Part shown: positions 9,309-18,583 of the stretch, in pieces | Position numbering within the stretch: position 1 is the stretch's first letter | Layout: each line of letters opens with the position of its first letter | NCBI GenBank assembly: GCA_016861205.1 | Contig: BOKX01000001.1 | Coordinates: 328,539 to 392,538, forward strand | Length of the DNA stretch: 64,000 bases | From: Patescibacteria group bacterium | Lineage (GTDB): Bacteria; Patescibacteriota; Microgenomatia; UBA1400; PJMF01 | Reading direction: 5' to 3' | Position numbers and translations under genes: made by a program | Notes under the pieces: model-generated | Database searches by the model: none | What the model was told of the DNA's origin: nothing | The model's input: only the letters and a program-made list of their open reading frames with translations

Positions 9309-10427
9309 TTATCGGCTGGCTTTGGCTACCACTTCATACAAAGCTTTTGCAGCATCTTTGGTTTTGGGAACCTGGGCTAAACTAGCCAGGTAATTAGCTC
9401 GATGATTTTTAACATAGTGGAGTGCGGCAACTAACGCAGCAGCGGTGACCTGCTTTTGGGGAATGACGTATGTACCACCTACCCCAGCCAACCACTCGGC
9501 GTTTCGCTGTTGCTCATTACCATGTGAGAACGGTAAAGGAATAACCACACTGGGAAGTTCGAAAGTAATAAGTTCTGCCAAGGTGTTTGCACCTGCTCTG
9601 GCCACTACTACTTGGGCATTTTGGTAAATCCATGCCAAATCTGGCTCTGAAAACCATTCCGAAACAAAGTAGGCACCTTGTTGTGCAGCCGGTAACTTCG
9701 CTTTACTTCTCTCCAGTTGCTTTCGATAGTTCGTCGTCGCGGATTTGTTCCCGCACTGATGAATTACTAGCCACATTTTGGTGAGCGCCGGTAGCGACTG
9801 TTCAATCAGGGTGTTAATAACTTGCGAGCCTTGATTACCACCGGTGACGTACAAAATTGGCTTCCGGGTAGTACTTGGTAGCCAGTTGGGTCGACTCGGT
9901 TTGGGCGTGAATAAAACTGGACGCAAAGGATTACCGGTCACCACGACTTTCCGACCAGGCAGATCTCCGGTCGTGTCTGAAAATGACACTGCTACCGTCG
10001 TTGCGACCTTACTGATGAGCTTAGTGGCTGTGCCAACTACTCTGGTTTGCTCATGTGTCACAATCGGAACTCTCAGCAACCAAGCCGCCAAAGCTAAAGG
10101 CACTGCTAAGTACCCGCCAAACGACACATAAACCGTTGGCCGGTGTCGCAGGCAAATGTATAGAGCCTTCAGCCATGACCACGCAAACTGAAGTGGGAAG
10201 AGCAAAATCCATAAGCCTAGACCACTTTGCCACCGGGGTGCCCAGAACTCTACAAATGTTAAACCTCGGTTGGTGATTTCCTGATACTCATGCGCCAGCT
10301 GTTTGGTTTGGTCTTGTGAGTAGCGACGACCAGCGAACACCAACTCATCGGCCGTAGATTGTGACCGAATGTAGTCGCACAGTGCTAAAGCTGGGGTCAA
10401 GTGACCACCGGATAATAATATCTTCAT
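9309..10427 (-). CDS. murG: Undecaprenyl-PP-MurNAc-pentapeptide GlcNAc transferase MurG
   Basis: GGHLTP, SFGGY, HEQ, TGNPLR, TGGNQGS, RAGANT, EQQRNA. Confidence 0.96.
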   Translation of the reverse strand: MKILLSGGHLTPALALCDYIRSQSTADELVFAGRRYSQDQTKQLAHEYQEITNRGLTFVEFWAPRWQSGLGLWILLFPLQFAWSWLKALYICLRHRPTVYVSFGGYLAVPLALAAWLLRVPIVTHEQTRVVGTATKLISKVATTVAVSFSDTTGDLPGRKVVVTGNPLRPVLFTPKPSRPNWLPSTTRKPILYVTGGNQGSQVINTLIEQSLPALTKMWLVIHQCGNKSATTNYRKQLERSKAKLPAAQQGAYFVSEWFSEPDLAWIYQNAQVVVARAGANTLAELITFELPSVVIPLPFSHGNEQQRNAEWLAGVGGTYVIPQKQVTAAALVAALHYVKNHRANYLASLAQVPKTKDAAKALYEVVAKASR

Positions 10428-10438
10428 AGTTCACACTT

Positions 10439-11533
10439 CTATTTTTTGCTCGGTTTGGCAGACTTCGTTGCCGGTAGTGTTTGACGCCTGATAGCGATCA
10501 GGATACCTGTGGCCAACAATACCATGACTAGCGATGATCCTCCATACGAAAAAAATGGCAACGGCACACCAGTCAGGGGAACCAACGCGACGACCGCAGC
10601 CAAGTTGAGAACTGTTTGAAACGCAATCCATAACAATAGACCGACGGCCAACAGGTACTCAAAACTACCTGGTTCTGTCCCTTTAATGATTCGAACGCCA
10701 GTTGCTAAGTACAATCCGAACAGACTTATTAACGCCAATGATCCAATAAAACCAACCTCTTCGGCAATGATGGCAAAGATTGAGTCGGTACTGGCTTCAG
10801 GTATGTATGCATATTTTTGTCGGGAGTTGCCCAGCCCCTGACCAAACCAGTGACCATTTCCCAATGCTAAGGTAATTTGCCGAATGTGAAAGCCTGCTCC
10901 CAGTGGGTCACTCTCAGGATTCAAATAGGTGGTCACCCGAGCTAAGCGGTATGGCGAAGCAATAATGGCTAAACTAACGAGTACCAAGCCAGCGGCCACG
11001 ATCCCCATTATGTACTTGAGTTGTCCGCCAGCCACAAAGTAGAGAGCGAACGAGATGCCAACGAGCACCAACAGAGAGCCCAAGTCTGGCTGTAAAATCA
11101 CAAGGGCAGCCGGTACCCCGGTTAAAAAGAGCCATGGCAGTACGCGACGATGTTGAGTCAGCCAGGTAGCAAAAAACATAATGAGGGATAGCTTCATAAA
11201 CTCAACAGGTTGAAATACTGCTCCCCCGAGTGATATCCAGCGTCGTGCGCCATTGAGATCTAAACCTATCCCTGGCACAAATACTGCCAGTAGCAGTACG
11301 ACGCTCAAGCCAAACGCAATGGGACTAATCGTTCGCCACCATTTCAAGGGAACTTGAGTAGCAATCGCCAGAGCCACTACTCCAATACCCGCCCGGACCA
11401 CTTGTTGTTTGAGAAAAAAATAAGGATCTCCAACCATGTTGAAGGCTTCCGCCACCGACGCCTCAAACACAAACACCAGCCCGACGATCACGAGTAAAGC
11501 AGTAATACCAAGAAAACGCCAAGTGAGTGACAT
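10439..11533 (-). CDS. ftsW: Peptidoglycan glycosyltransferase FtsW
   Basis: NGARRWI, QPVEFMK, QPDLG, PEASTDSIF, GVPLPFFSYGGSS; dcw context. Confidence 0.95.
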   Translation of the reverse strand: MSLTWRFLGITALLVIVGLVFVFEASVAEAFNMVGDPYFFLKQQVVRAGIGVVALAIATQVPLKWWRTISPIAFGLSVVLLLAVFVPGIGLDLNGARRWISLGGAVFQPVEFMKLSLIMFFATWLTQHRRVLPWLFLTGVPAALVILQPDLGSLLVLVGISFALYFVAGGQLKYIMGIVAAGLVLVSLAIIASPYRLARVTTYLNPESDPLGAGFHIRQITLALGNGHWFGQGLGNSRQKYAYIPEASTDSIFAIIAEEVGFIGSLALISLFGLYLATGVRIIKGTEPGSFEYLLAVGLLLWIAFQTVLNLAAVVALVPLTGVPLPFFSYGGSSLVMVLLATGILIAIRRQTLPATKSAKPSKK

Positions 11534-11552
11534 AGAATGTCCTGCTGTTGCC

Positions 11553-12596
11553 CTAGATCATGGCTAGCCACACTCCAAAAAGGGTGAGCATCACCTGCAC
11601 TAGCCAGGCTCGTTGAACAATTTTGGGCTCTTCCCAACCGTACTGCTGTAGGAATAAATGAAACGGAGCCGCCGGCATAATTTTTTTGCCACGGAATCGC
11701 TTCGACATCAGTTGAATAAATGAACTACCAATTTCAAACACAAAGATAAAACCAATCACCACTAGGGCGATCACTTTCCCCAGCAATAAACCTACTACGG
11801 CCAACGTGGCTCCAAACGCTAATGCGCCAACATCTCCCATAAACATCCGCGCTGGGTACACATTAAAGTACAAAAACGAGACGAGTGACCCAATCCAAAG
11901 CGCCAAAAAGAGTGAAAGGGGTACATCCAAAATTGAAGCTGACAAAAACCACAAACCAAACAGTGAAATCATCAGCGTTCCTGAAGCCAAACCATCCAAG
12001 CCATCGGTGATGTTAACCGCATTTGCAAATGCAACGATAACAAAAGTGGCAAACGGCACATACAACCAACCCAAATGGAAGGTACCAATGAATGGAATAT
12101 GGACAAACGAAATGCCTAAGTCTAAATGGAGAAGCAAGGCAATTCCGAAAGCGAGCAGGATCTGAAGCACTAGTTTGTGTTTAAGCCTCAAACCAAAAAA
12201 AGCTTCTTTCTCAAACCGAAAAAATTTCTTGACATCATCATACAAACCCAACAAACCAAACGACAAAAAAGTCAAAAAGATAACGTTGATCTCGGCTTGT
12301 GCATCTTTGTACACCCCGGTCACTTCCACTCCAAAAATCCTAAACAGCGGCAGCAAGAGTGCAAAAATGAGTGACACCACAATAATCACCAATAAACCGC
12401 CCCCGACAGGCACACCAGCTTTTTGCCGATGAAACTTGTCAAAAATCGGTGTCAACATGCCAAATGCGTCGCGGGTTTTTTGCTCGGCTCGTTGGAAACG
12501 AAGGGCGTAAAGAGTGTTAATAAACGGCACAATCAGGACACTCGTTACAATGAACGAAAACAACAATACACCCAAAACTAAGGCTAGTGATCCCAT
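11553..12596 (-). CDS. mraY: Phospho-N-acetylmuramoyl-pentapeptide transferase
   Basis: GLYDD, NAVNITDGLDGL, FMGDVG, APFH..WEEPKIV. Confidence 0.96.
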   Translation of the reverse strand: MGSLALVLGVLLFSFIVTSVLIVPFINTLYALRFQRAEQKTRDAFGMLTPIFDKFHRQKAGVPVGGGLLVIIVVSLIFALLLPLFRIFGVEVTGVYKDAQAEINVIFLTFLSFGLLGLYDDVKKFFRFEKEAFFGLRLKHKLVLQILLAFGIALLLHLDLGISFVHIPFIGTFHLGWLYVPFATFVIVAFANAVNITDGLDGLASGTLMISLFGLWFLSASILDVPLSLFLALWIGSLVSFLYFNVYPARMFMGDVGALAFGATLAVVGLLLGKVIALVVIGFIFVFEIGSSFIQLMSKRFRGKKIMPAAPFHLFLQQYGWEEPKIVQRAWLVQVMLTLFGVWLAMI

Positions 12597-12603
12597 ACGT
12601 CCT

Positions 12604-13929
12604 TTACGTTTCTCGCCGATCGATGGTGGCTCCCATCACTCGGAACTGCTGATCCAACTCTTCATAGCCTCGGTCAATCTGATGGCTGGGATCGTGCAGT
12701 ATGGTTTGACCTGATGCAATCATACCAGCAATCATCAAGGTCGCACCATGACGTAAATCTTTCACTTCAAACTCACCTGGCTTTAAAGCTGCAGGACCAG
12801 TAATCGCAATAGCGTGCGGAGCTGCTAGTGCTTCTGGTGTCAGATTAAAGTTGTACACCGACTCTGGATTATCAACCTTCATATCTAAGTACTCAATTTT
12901 CGCCCCCATTGCTTGGAGTGAAGGGACATACCCGAAACGCTTTTCGTAGATGGTCTCGTGGAGTTGACTGGTTCCAGTTGCTTGTGTCATCAACGTGACC
13001 CACAGTGGCTGCCAGTCCGTCATAAAACCAGGATGCGGTAGGGTTGTAACCTGAGTAGCTTGGAGTGGTTCTTGGTAGTAAAACCGAATACCATACTGAC
13101 CAACTTCGTACCCAGCCTTTGCTTCGCTCAAAGCGTCCAAAAATGCTGTTAAATCTTTAGCTCGAGCGTCCTCCACAATGACATCACCTTTGGTGGCCAA
13201 AGCGGCACAAGCGAAACTAACCACTTGGTTGCGATCAGGCATAATTTTGAACACCACACCGTGTAAACTCTGCACGCCTTTGATGACAATGGTGCGCGGC
13301 TCCACCCGCTTGATGTCAGCACCCATTTGGTTTAAGTAGCTTATTAATTCATCAACTTCAGTTTCCTGAGCGGCATTCTCAAGCGTGGTAGTGCCCTCGG
13401 CTAAAACGGAAGCCATCAAAAGTGTTTCAGTGCCGGTGTGCGAATTTTTTGCAAATCGATAGGTTGTGCCAATGAGCTTCTCAGCAACTACCTCAATCAT
13501 GTCTCCGTCTTGTGAGACTTTGGCACCAAGTGCTGTTAAACCTTCAAAGTGACGTTCGAGTGACCGCTTGCCAATTTTGTCACCGCCTGGGAACGGGACT
13601 CGAGCTCGACCAAATTTGTGCAATAAAATTGGGATGAACATGGTTGATGCTCGCGATGCTTCACCGTGCTCAGCCGAGATTTCACTCTTACTGAGATTTT
13701 TGGGATCAATCATGTAAGCACGCTCACCCACTTGTTGTGCTTGACCACCTAAGTTTCGGATCAGCTGAGCAACTAACTCAACATCACTAATTTTGCTAAA
13801 GTTCAACAACCGTGACGGGGTACTTGCCAACAAGGCCGAGATCATCAACTTGTATGATGCGTTTTTGGCACCACCTACTCGGACTGAACCATACAAGGGT
13901 GTACCACCGGTGATCACATATGTTGGCAT
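12604..13929 (-). CDS. murA: UDP-N-acetylglucosamine 1-carboxyvinyltransferase (Asp-type active site)
   Basis: GAKNA, RAS, PGGDKIGKR, PHPGFMTDWQP, DLRHGA, IDRGYE. Confidence 0.96.
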   Translation of the reverse strand: MPTYVITGGTPLYGSVRVGGAKNASYKLMISALLASTPSRLLNFSKISDVELVAQLIRNLGGQAQQVGERAYMIDPKNLSKSEISAEHGEASRASTMFIPILLHKFGRARVPFPGGDKIGKRSLERHFEGLTALGAKVSQDGDMIEVVAEKLIGTTYRFAKNSHTGTETLLMASVLAEGTTTLENAAQETEVDELISYLNQMGADIKRVEPRTIVIKGVQSLHGVVFKIMPDRNQVVSFACAALATKGDVIVEDARAKDLTAFLDALSEAKAGYEVGQYGIRFYYQEPLQATQVTTLPHPGFMTDWQPLWVTLMTQATGTSQLHETIYEKRFGYVPSLQAMGAKIEYLDMKVDNPESVYNFNLTPEALAAPHAIAITGPAALKPGEFEVKDLRHGATLMIAGMIASGQTILHDPSHQIDRGYEELDQQFRVMGATIDRRET

Positions 13930-13938
13930 AAAAATCCT

Positions 13939-16338
13939 CTAGCCCAAGTAAAAGACTTCCTCCTGCAACTCGACTTGGAATCGCTCTTTGACTCTCGCTT
14001 TTACCAGAGCAATTAGTTCTTTAACTTGAGCCGCAGTACCACCGCCTTTATTGATCATAAAGGCTGCATGTTTATGACTGACTTCAATTGGACCACAGTG
14101 TTCACCTTTCAGTCCAGCTTGATCAATCAGGAAACCACCTGAGATATGTTCTCGATCAACAAACTGAGGAAAAAGTTTTTTGAGCTCAGGGGTGTTCGGG
14201 ACGTTTTGAAAAATACAACCTGAGCTGGGTTCTCCTAATGGCTGGGTTGTGGCTCGATATTGAGTCGCCTTTTTAACTAACTCAGCTGAGGTCTGTGGAT
14301 CACCAGGTGGCAATGCAAACTCTACTGCCACAACCACTTCACCGCTTGTCTGGAAACGAGAGTGATCGTACGCAAAGTCACATTCGGACTGATCGAGCCA
14401 AGTTAGTTGAAATTGTTTATCAAGAACTTGTACTCGGTGGATGTGACTACCAATCAAATCAGCTAAATAATGCGCGTTGTTCACAACCGCGCCACCCAAC
14501 GTGCCTGGCACTCCCAAAAAGTACTCTAACCCCGCCAGCTTCCAATCAATCGCCTGTCGGACCAGCAAACCCATTCGGGTACCGGCACCGGCTCGGATCA
14601 CCCGTTTCTCGTCAACATAGGTATCAGTCAGCTCCACACCAGAGTTGGCCAGGCGGATAACTATGCCACGAATCCCTTCATCAGCTACGATGACATTGCT
14701 TGCCCCGCCCAACATGGTAATCGGTATCCCGCGGCGCTGGCTCCACGCCCAGATTTGACCAAGTTGTTCGGCCTGTGTTATTTCGGCCAATACGTCAGCT
14801 GGGCCACCGATCTTAAAGTACGTCACACTGGCCATTGGCACTGAAAAACGCCACTCTATATCAGGGAAAACCTCAGCCAATTCCTTTGCCCACTCAGTTG
14901 GATAGAGCTGGTCATGGATTTGGTAAATGTCCCCAGCACCAACTGTCAGCACCACATCGCCTGCCGCTAGTTGGGTTCGACAAAAAGCAACAACCGCTGC
15001 ATTCGTTTTTAGGTTTTCTACCTTGGACTGTGGGTAGCGCTCCCGAATCGCCTGACATAGTGTGTCACTGCTGATTGTGTCATCAAACTGCTCCCGGGCT
15101 GATGGGAAAATGTCTGTCATAACCACTTGGTCAGCTTGCTCAAATGCTGTCACGAACTCATCAAACAAGGCTTTCGTTCGTGAAAAGGTGTGACTTTGAA
15201 AAGCCACGACCAGTTTCTGATCTGGAAACCACTCTTTGTACGCTTTGATGACTTCAGCAACTTCGTGCGGATGATGTGCATAGTCATCATAGTAACGAAC
15301 CCCGGCTTTTTCACCCTTGAACTCGGCTCGCCGCTGCGTGGATCGAAATGTGGCTAAGGCATCGACGATGTCTGAAATGCTCAGCCCTAGTTGGTGGCAT
15401 GCTGCGACGGCGGCAACTGCATTCATCATGTTGTACTTACCAGGCAACTGCAGTCTCAGAGGATAGTTTTGACCTTGATACGTCAGCATACCGGCACTGA
15501 CACCTCGGATCACTTGATACTGTGTTAACTCAAACACCGCATTTGATCCTTGCCCGTAGTAAACGATCTGAGCTTTAAGCTGTGGCTCTCGCCGAAGCAT
15601 CATTTCAATATGTGGCCGGTCATCACTGTTGACGACTAAAAGTCCGTCAGTTGGCAGTTGCGCAAAAAATGTTTGAAAAACTTCCAGTGTGTGGTCAAAA
15701 TCTCGATAGACATCTGGATGGTCGAAACGCAAGTTGGTACACACCGTGAGATGTGGCTTAAGGAAGGAAAACCGTGGGGTGATCGCTTCTTGCCGGCTGG
15801 GGGCAGCGGGATCTACAACGTACTCATCAGCCTCGGCCACGAAATAGGGACTGTCACTCGACCATTGACCAGACTTGTTTAACCCAATAATATTTCCGAC
15901 CCCAATCGCAAAACTGGGTTTTTTGCCTACTTTCTCTAACACCCACGCAATCATGGCACTCGTGGTTGATTTGCCCCCCACACCACAAACAGCGATGCCA
16001 TGTTTGGCATTAAATAGTTGTCCCAAAGCTTCAGCGTGGGACCACGTTGGTAAACCTTGGTGTTGAGCTTGTTTGACTAATGGATTTGCTGGTCCTTGAT
16101 GTGCGGCTGTGTACACCACCGCTTCAATATCACTCGGCAAAACTTGTTCAAAACCTGTGTCTATCACCACTCCCAATCGGTTTAACATCGGTTGGGTAAC
16201 GAACTCTTCAGCCACGTCACAACCTCTGACTTGAATGCCAGCTTCAGCGAGACACTGTGCCAGGGCAGTCATAGCTACCCCTTTAATACCAATCAAATAG
16301 ACCGATTTGGCTGTTAGTAGTTCCATAGACCGCTGCAC
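13939..16338 (-). CDS. murC: MurC-MurB fusion (L-alanine ligase plus UDP-N-acetylenolpyruvoylglucosamine reductase)
   Basis: N-terminal part: IGIKGVAM, GKSTT, EADE, DHPD, DDYAHHP, GAGDI. C-terminal part: FKIGGPA, GGASN, PGTLGGAVVNNA, SSGCIFQN, KHAAFMIN, LQEEV. One open frame. Confidence 0.95.
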   Translation of the reverse strand: MQRSMELLTAKSVYLIGIKGVAMTALAQCLAEAGIQVRGCDVAEEFVTQPMLNRLGVVIDTGFEQVLPSDIEAVVYTAAHQGPANPLVKQAQHQGLPTWSHAEALGQLFNAKHGIAVCGVGGKSTTSAMIAWVLEKVGKKPSFAIGVGNIIGLNKSGQWSSDSPYFVAEADEYVVDPAAPSRQEAITPRFSFLKPHLTVCTNLRFDHPDVYRDFDHTLEVFQTFFAQLPTDGLLVVNSDDRPHIEMMLRREPQLKAQIVYYGQGSNAVFELTQYQVIRGVSAGMLTYQGQNYPLRLQLPGKYNMMNAVAAVAACHQLGLSISDIVDALATFRSTQRRAEFKGEKAGVRYYDDYAHHPHEVAEVIKAYKEWFPDQKLVVAFQSHTFSRTKALFDEFVTAFEQADQVVMTDIFPSAREQFDDTISSDTLCQAIRERYPQSKVENLKTNAAVVAFCRTQLAAGDVVLTVGAGDIYQIHDQLYPTEWAKELAEVFPDIEWRFSVPMASVTYFKIGGPADVLAEITQAEQLGQIWAWSQRRGIPITMLGGASNVIVADEGIRGIVIRLANSGVELTDTYVDEKRVIRAGAGTRMGLLVRQAIDWKLAGLEYFLGVPGTLGGAVVNNAHYLADLIGSHIHRVQVLDKQFQLTWLDQSECDFAYDHSRFQTSGEVVVAVEFALPPGDPQTSAELVKKATQYRATTQPLGEPSSGCIFQNVPNTPELKKLFPQFVDREHISGGFLIDQAGLKGEHCGPIEVSHKHAAFMINKGGGTAAQVKELIALVKARVKERFQVELQEEVFYLG

Positions 16339-16343
16339 CTGCT

Positions 16344-17336
16344 TTACTTGGCTTTCAAAATTCGTGCCAGTACCTGCTCAACTTTCTGGGTATCGTGGCG
16401 CAACAACGACCGATGAGCAGTATCGTACGCCACTTTGGCTACCAATTCATCACTAATCAGTGGGGTGCGAATCACTCGGGGATCATCGCCGAGATCATCC
16501 TCAACCGGGAACTCACCTTCATGAGCATAAACTTCCAGTGTCTCTGGTGGAATTGGCTGGTTGTTGACCACAACAATGTCCACTTTTTGACCGATTGATT
16601 TCTCGATACCGGCTAAGTGTTCACTAGCGGTCATGTCTGGGGTCTGAGTCAAACGCGTCATCAGGTTCATCATGTACACAACTTTACCTGCTGAGCTGTT
16701 GACAGCTTTGCCTAAACCTTTAGCAACTAGAACGGCTTGAACACTAGCGTAGTAATCTCCTGGGCCGATCACAATCAAGTCAGCTTCTTTAATATCGTGT
16801 GCTGCACTCGGGTTGATTGGGGCAGATGGCACGAGTGATACATGGGTAACTCTGCGTGGCTGCGTCGGTGTTTCATCTAAAATGTGCTCACCAATCTGGA
16901 CAGTACCATCGGCGTAATGAATCTCCAAGTTCACCAAGTCTTGCGTCACAGGAATCACAGAGCCGTCGATCCGGAACACTTTTTCAGCGATTTCCAAAGC
17001 ACGTGTCGTGTCGCCGGTCATGTCCTGTAAAGCGGTCAAAATTAAGTTACCCAAATTGTGCCCTTTGAGACCTTCACCTTTAGCGAAACGATACAGCAAA
17101 ATTCGCTTAATCCACTCTTGGCCTTCACTCTCAGCCATGGCCGCAAGTGATTGGCGGAGGTCACCCACCGGTTGAAAACCAAATTCATCACGAATCCGGC
17201 CAGTCGACCCACCTGAGTCAGAAACACAAACCACTGTTGAAACTGAAGCGTTGAGGCGTTTCAGGGCGGTAATTACTGGGAACGTACCTGTTCCACCACC
17301 CATTACTACTGCTTTGGTTTGGGTTGCCATAGCCAC
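16344..17336 (-). CDS. yvcK: YvcK/GlmR (CofD-like) UDP-GlcNAc-binding protein
   Basis: GGGTG, SDSGGSTGRIR, GDLRQ, GHNLGNLIL, IGPG, RHD. Confidence 0.9.
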   Translation of the reverse strand: MAMATQTKAVVMGGGTGTFPVITALKRLNASVSTVVCVSDSGGSTGRIRDEFGFQPVGDLRQSLAAMAESEGQEWIKRILLYRFAKGEGLKGHNLGNLILTALQDMTGDTTRALEIAEKVFRIDGSVIPVTQDLVNLEIHYADGTVQIGEHILDETPTQPRRVTHVSLVPSAPINPSAAHDIKEADLIVIGPGDYYASVQAVLVAKGLGKAVNSSAGKVVYMMNLMTRLTQTPDMTASEHLAGIEKSIGQKVDIVVVNNQPIPPETLEVYAHEGEFPVEDDLGDDPRVIRTPLISDELVAKVAYDTAHRSLLRHDTQKVEQVLARILKAK

Positions 17337-17339
17337 TTT

Positions 17340-18563
17340 CTATTTAGTTGCTACTAAGGCTGTGTCCACAGCCACTCGGTCACTCCAAGGATACTCCTGA
17401 TGACCATAGGCCATACTCTGTTCGTGGCCCTTGCCTAGGATCGCAATCGTATCACCTTTTTTGGCCAAAGTCCGAATCGCGAAGGTAATCGCTTCTTGAC
17501 GATCTGCGATAGAAACAACGTTCCGGTGTTGAGCACTTAGATCAGACTTCATTTGTCGAATAATAGACCAGATGTCTTCGGTCCGAGGATCCTCAGCCGT
17601 AAAAACCGCTACATCAGCAATTTCCGCACCATACCGGCCCATTTTTGGTCGCTTTTGCGTGTCACGAAGACCGGCGCACCCAAAAACCGCAATCAATTTT
17701 TGGCCGGTTTTTAGTTCCTGTTTGAGCGTAGTTAAGACAGCTTTAACAGCTTGAGGTGTATGGGCAAAATCTATCACGATCTTCAAACCACGCCGGTTGG
17801 TAACAGTCTCCATTCGACCTGGCACACCTCGAAACTGTTCGAGCGCTTGAATGAGGGCCTTGTTCGGCAAACCGAGTTCATCAGCTATTGTAGCCACCAA
17901 ACTAGCGTTGCGTTGGTTGTAGTCCTGCGTGAATCGCTCTTTGATGGCAGCGCGCACGCTTCGGGGCAGTTCAGCAGGGGTGGTATAGGTACGCAGGTGT
18001 TGGTTGTGACCGATGTATTTTTTGAGCTTTCCAAAAGACTCGTCATCAGCATTGAGCACGACCGTCTTAGCCTGCTTGAGCAGTAATGCTTTGGCAGCCA
18101 CATACTTTTCGTACGTTAAGTGATAATCGAGATGCTCATAGTTGATGTTCGTTACCCCCACAACTAAAGGTTTGATACCCCAGGTTCGATACTGATACAC
18201 CCCGTGTGAAGTAGCCTCCAGTACTAAGTATTCATAGCCTTCATCAACCAACTGACGCATGAAACCATAGAGTTGTTCTGGCTCTGGTGATGTGACATGA
18301 AAACCCGTATCAACTGCAGTATCGCCGGCATAGGCAGCTACCGTTGACACCAGTCCGACTTTCAAACCTGCGGCTTTCAAGGTCTCGTAGAGTAATGTTG
18401 ACGAAGTCGTTTTGCCGTCAGTCCCGGTTATAGCCAGAATTTTGAGGTGTCTTTCGGGGAACCGGTAGCGCCACTGGGCGCGAGCACCTTGCAGCAAGCC
18501 TGTTTTAAAAAAATGATACGGACGTTTGAGATAGTAGATCGAGGTGGCCACGATAGAGCTCAT
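17340..18563 (-). CDS. murE: MurE-family Mur ligase lacking the N-terminal domain
   Basis: ITGTDGKTT, HVTSP, LEATSHG, EHLDYH, GVPGRME, DFAHTP, GCAGLRD..KR..MG, EDPR, GKGHE. Confidence 0.88.
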   Translation of the reverse strand: MSSIVATSIYYLKRPYHFFKTGLLQGARAQWRYRFPERHLKILAITGTDGKTTSSTLLYETLKAAGLKVGLVSTVAAYAGDTAVDTGFHVTSPEPEQLYGFMRQLVDEGYEYLVLEATSHGVYQYRTWGIKPLVVGVTNINYEHLDYHLTYEKYVAAKALLLKQAKTVVLNADDESFGKLKKYIGHNQHLRTYTTPAELPRSVRAAIKERFTQDYNQRNASLVATIADELGLPNKALIQALEQFRGVPGRMETVTNRRGLKIVIDFAHTPQAVKAVLTTLKQELKTGQKLIAVFGCAGLRDTQKRPKMGRYGAEIADVAVFTAEDPRTEDIWSIIRQMKSDLSAQHRNVVSIADRQEAITFAIRTLAKKGDTIAILGKGHEQSMAYGHQEYPWSDRVAVDTALVATK

Positions 18564-18583
18564 AGCAATCCATTATAGCGCAC

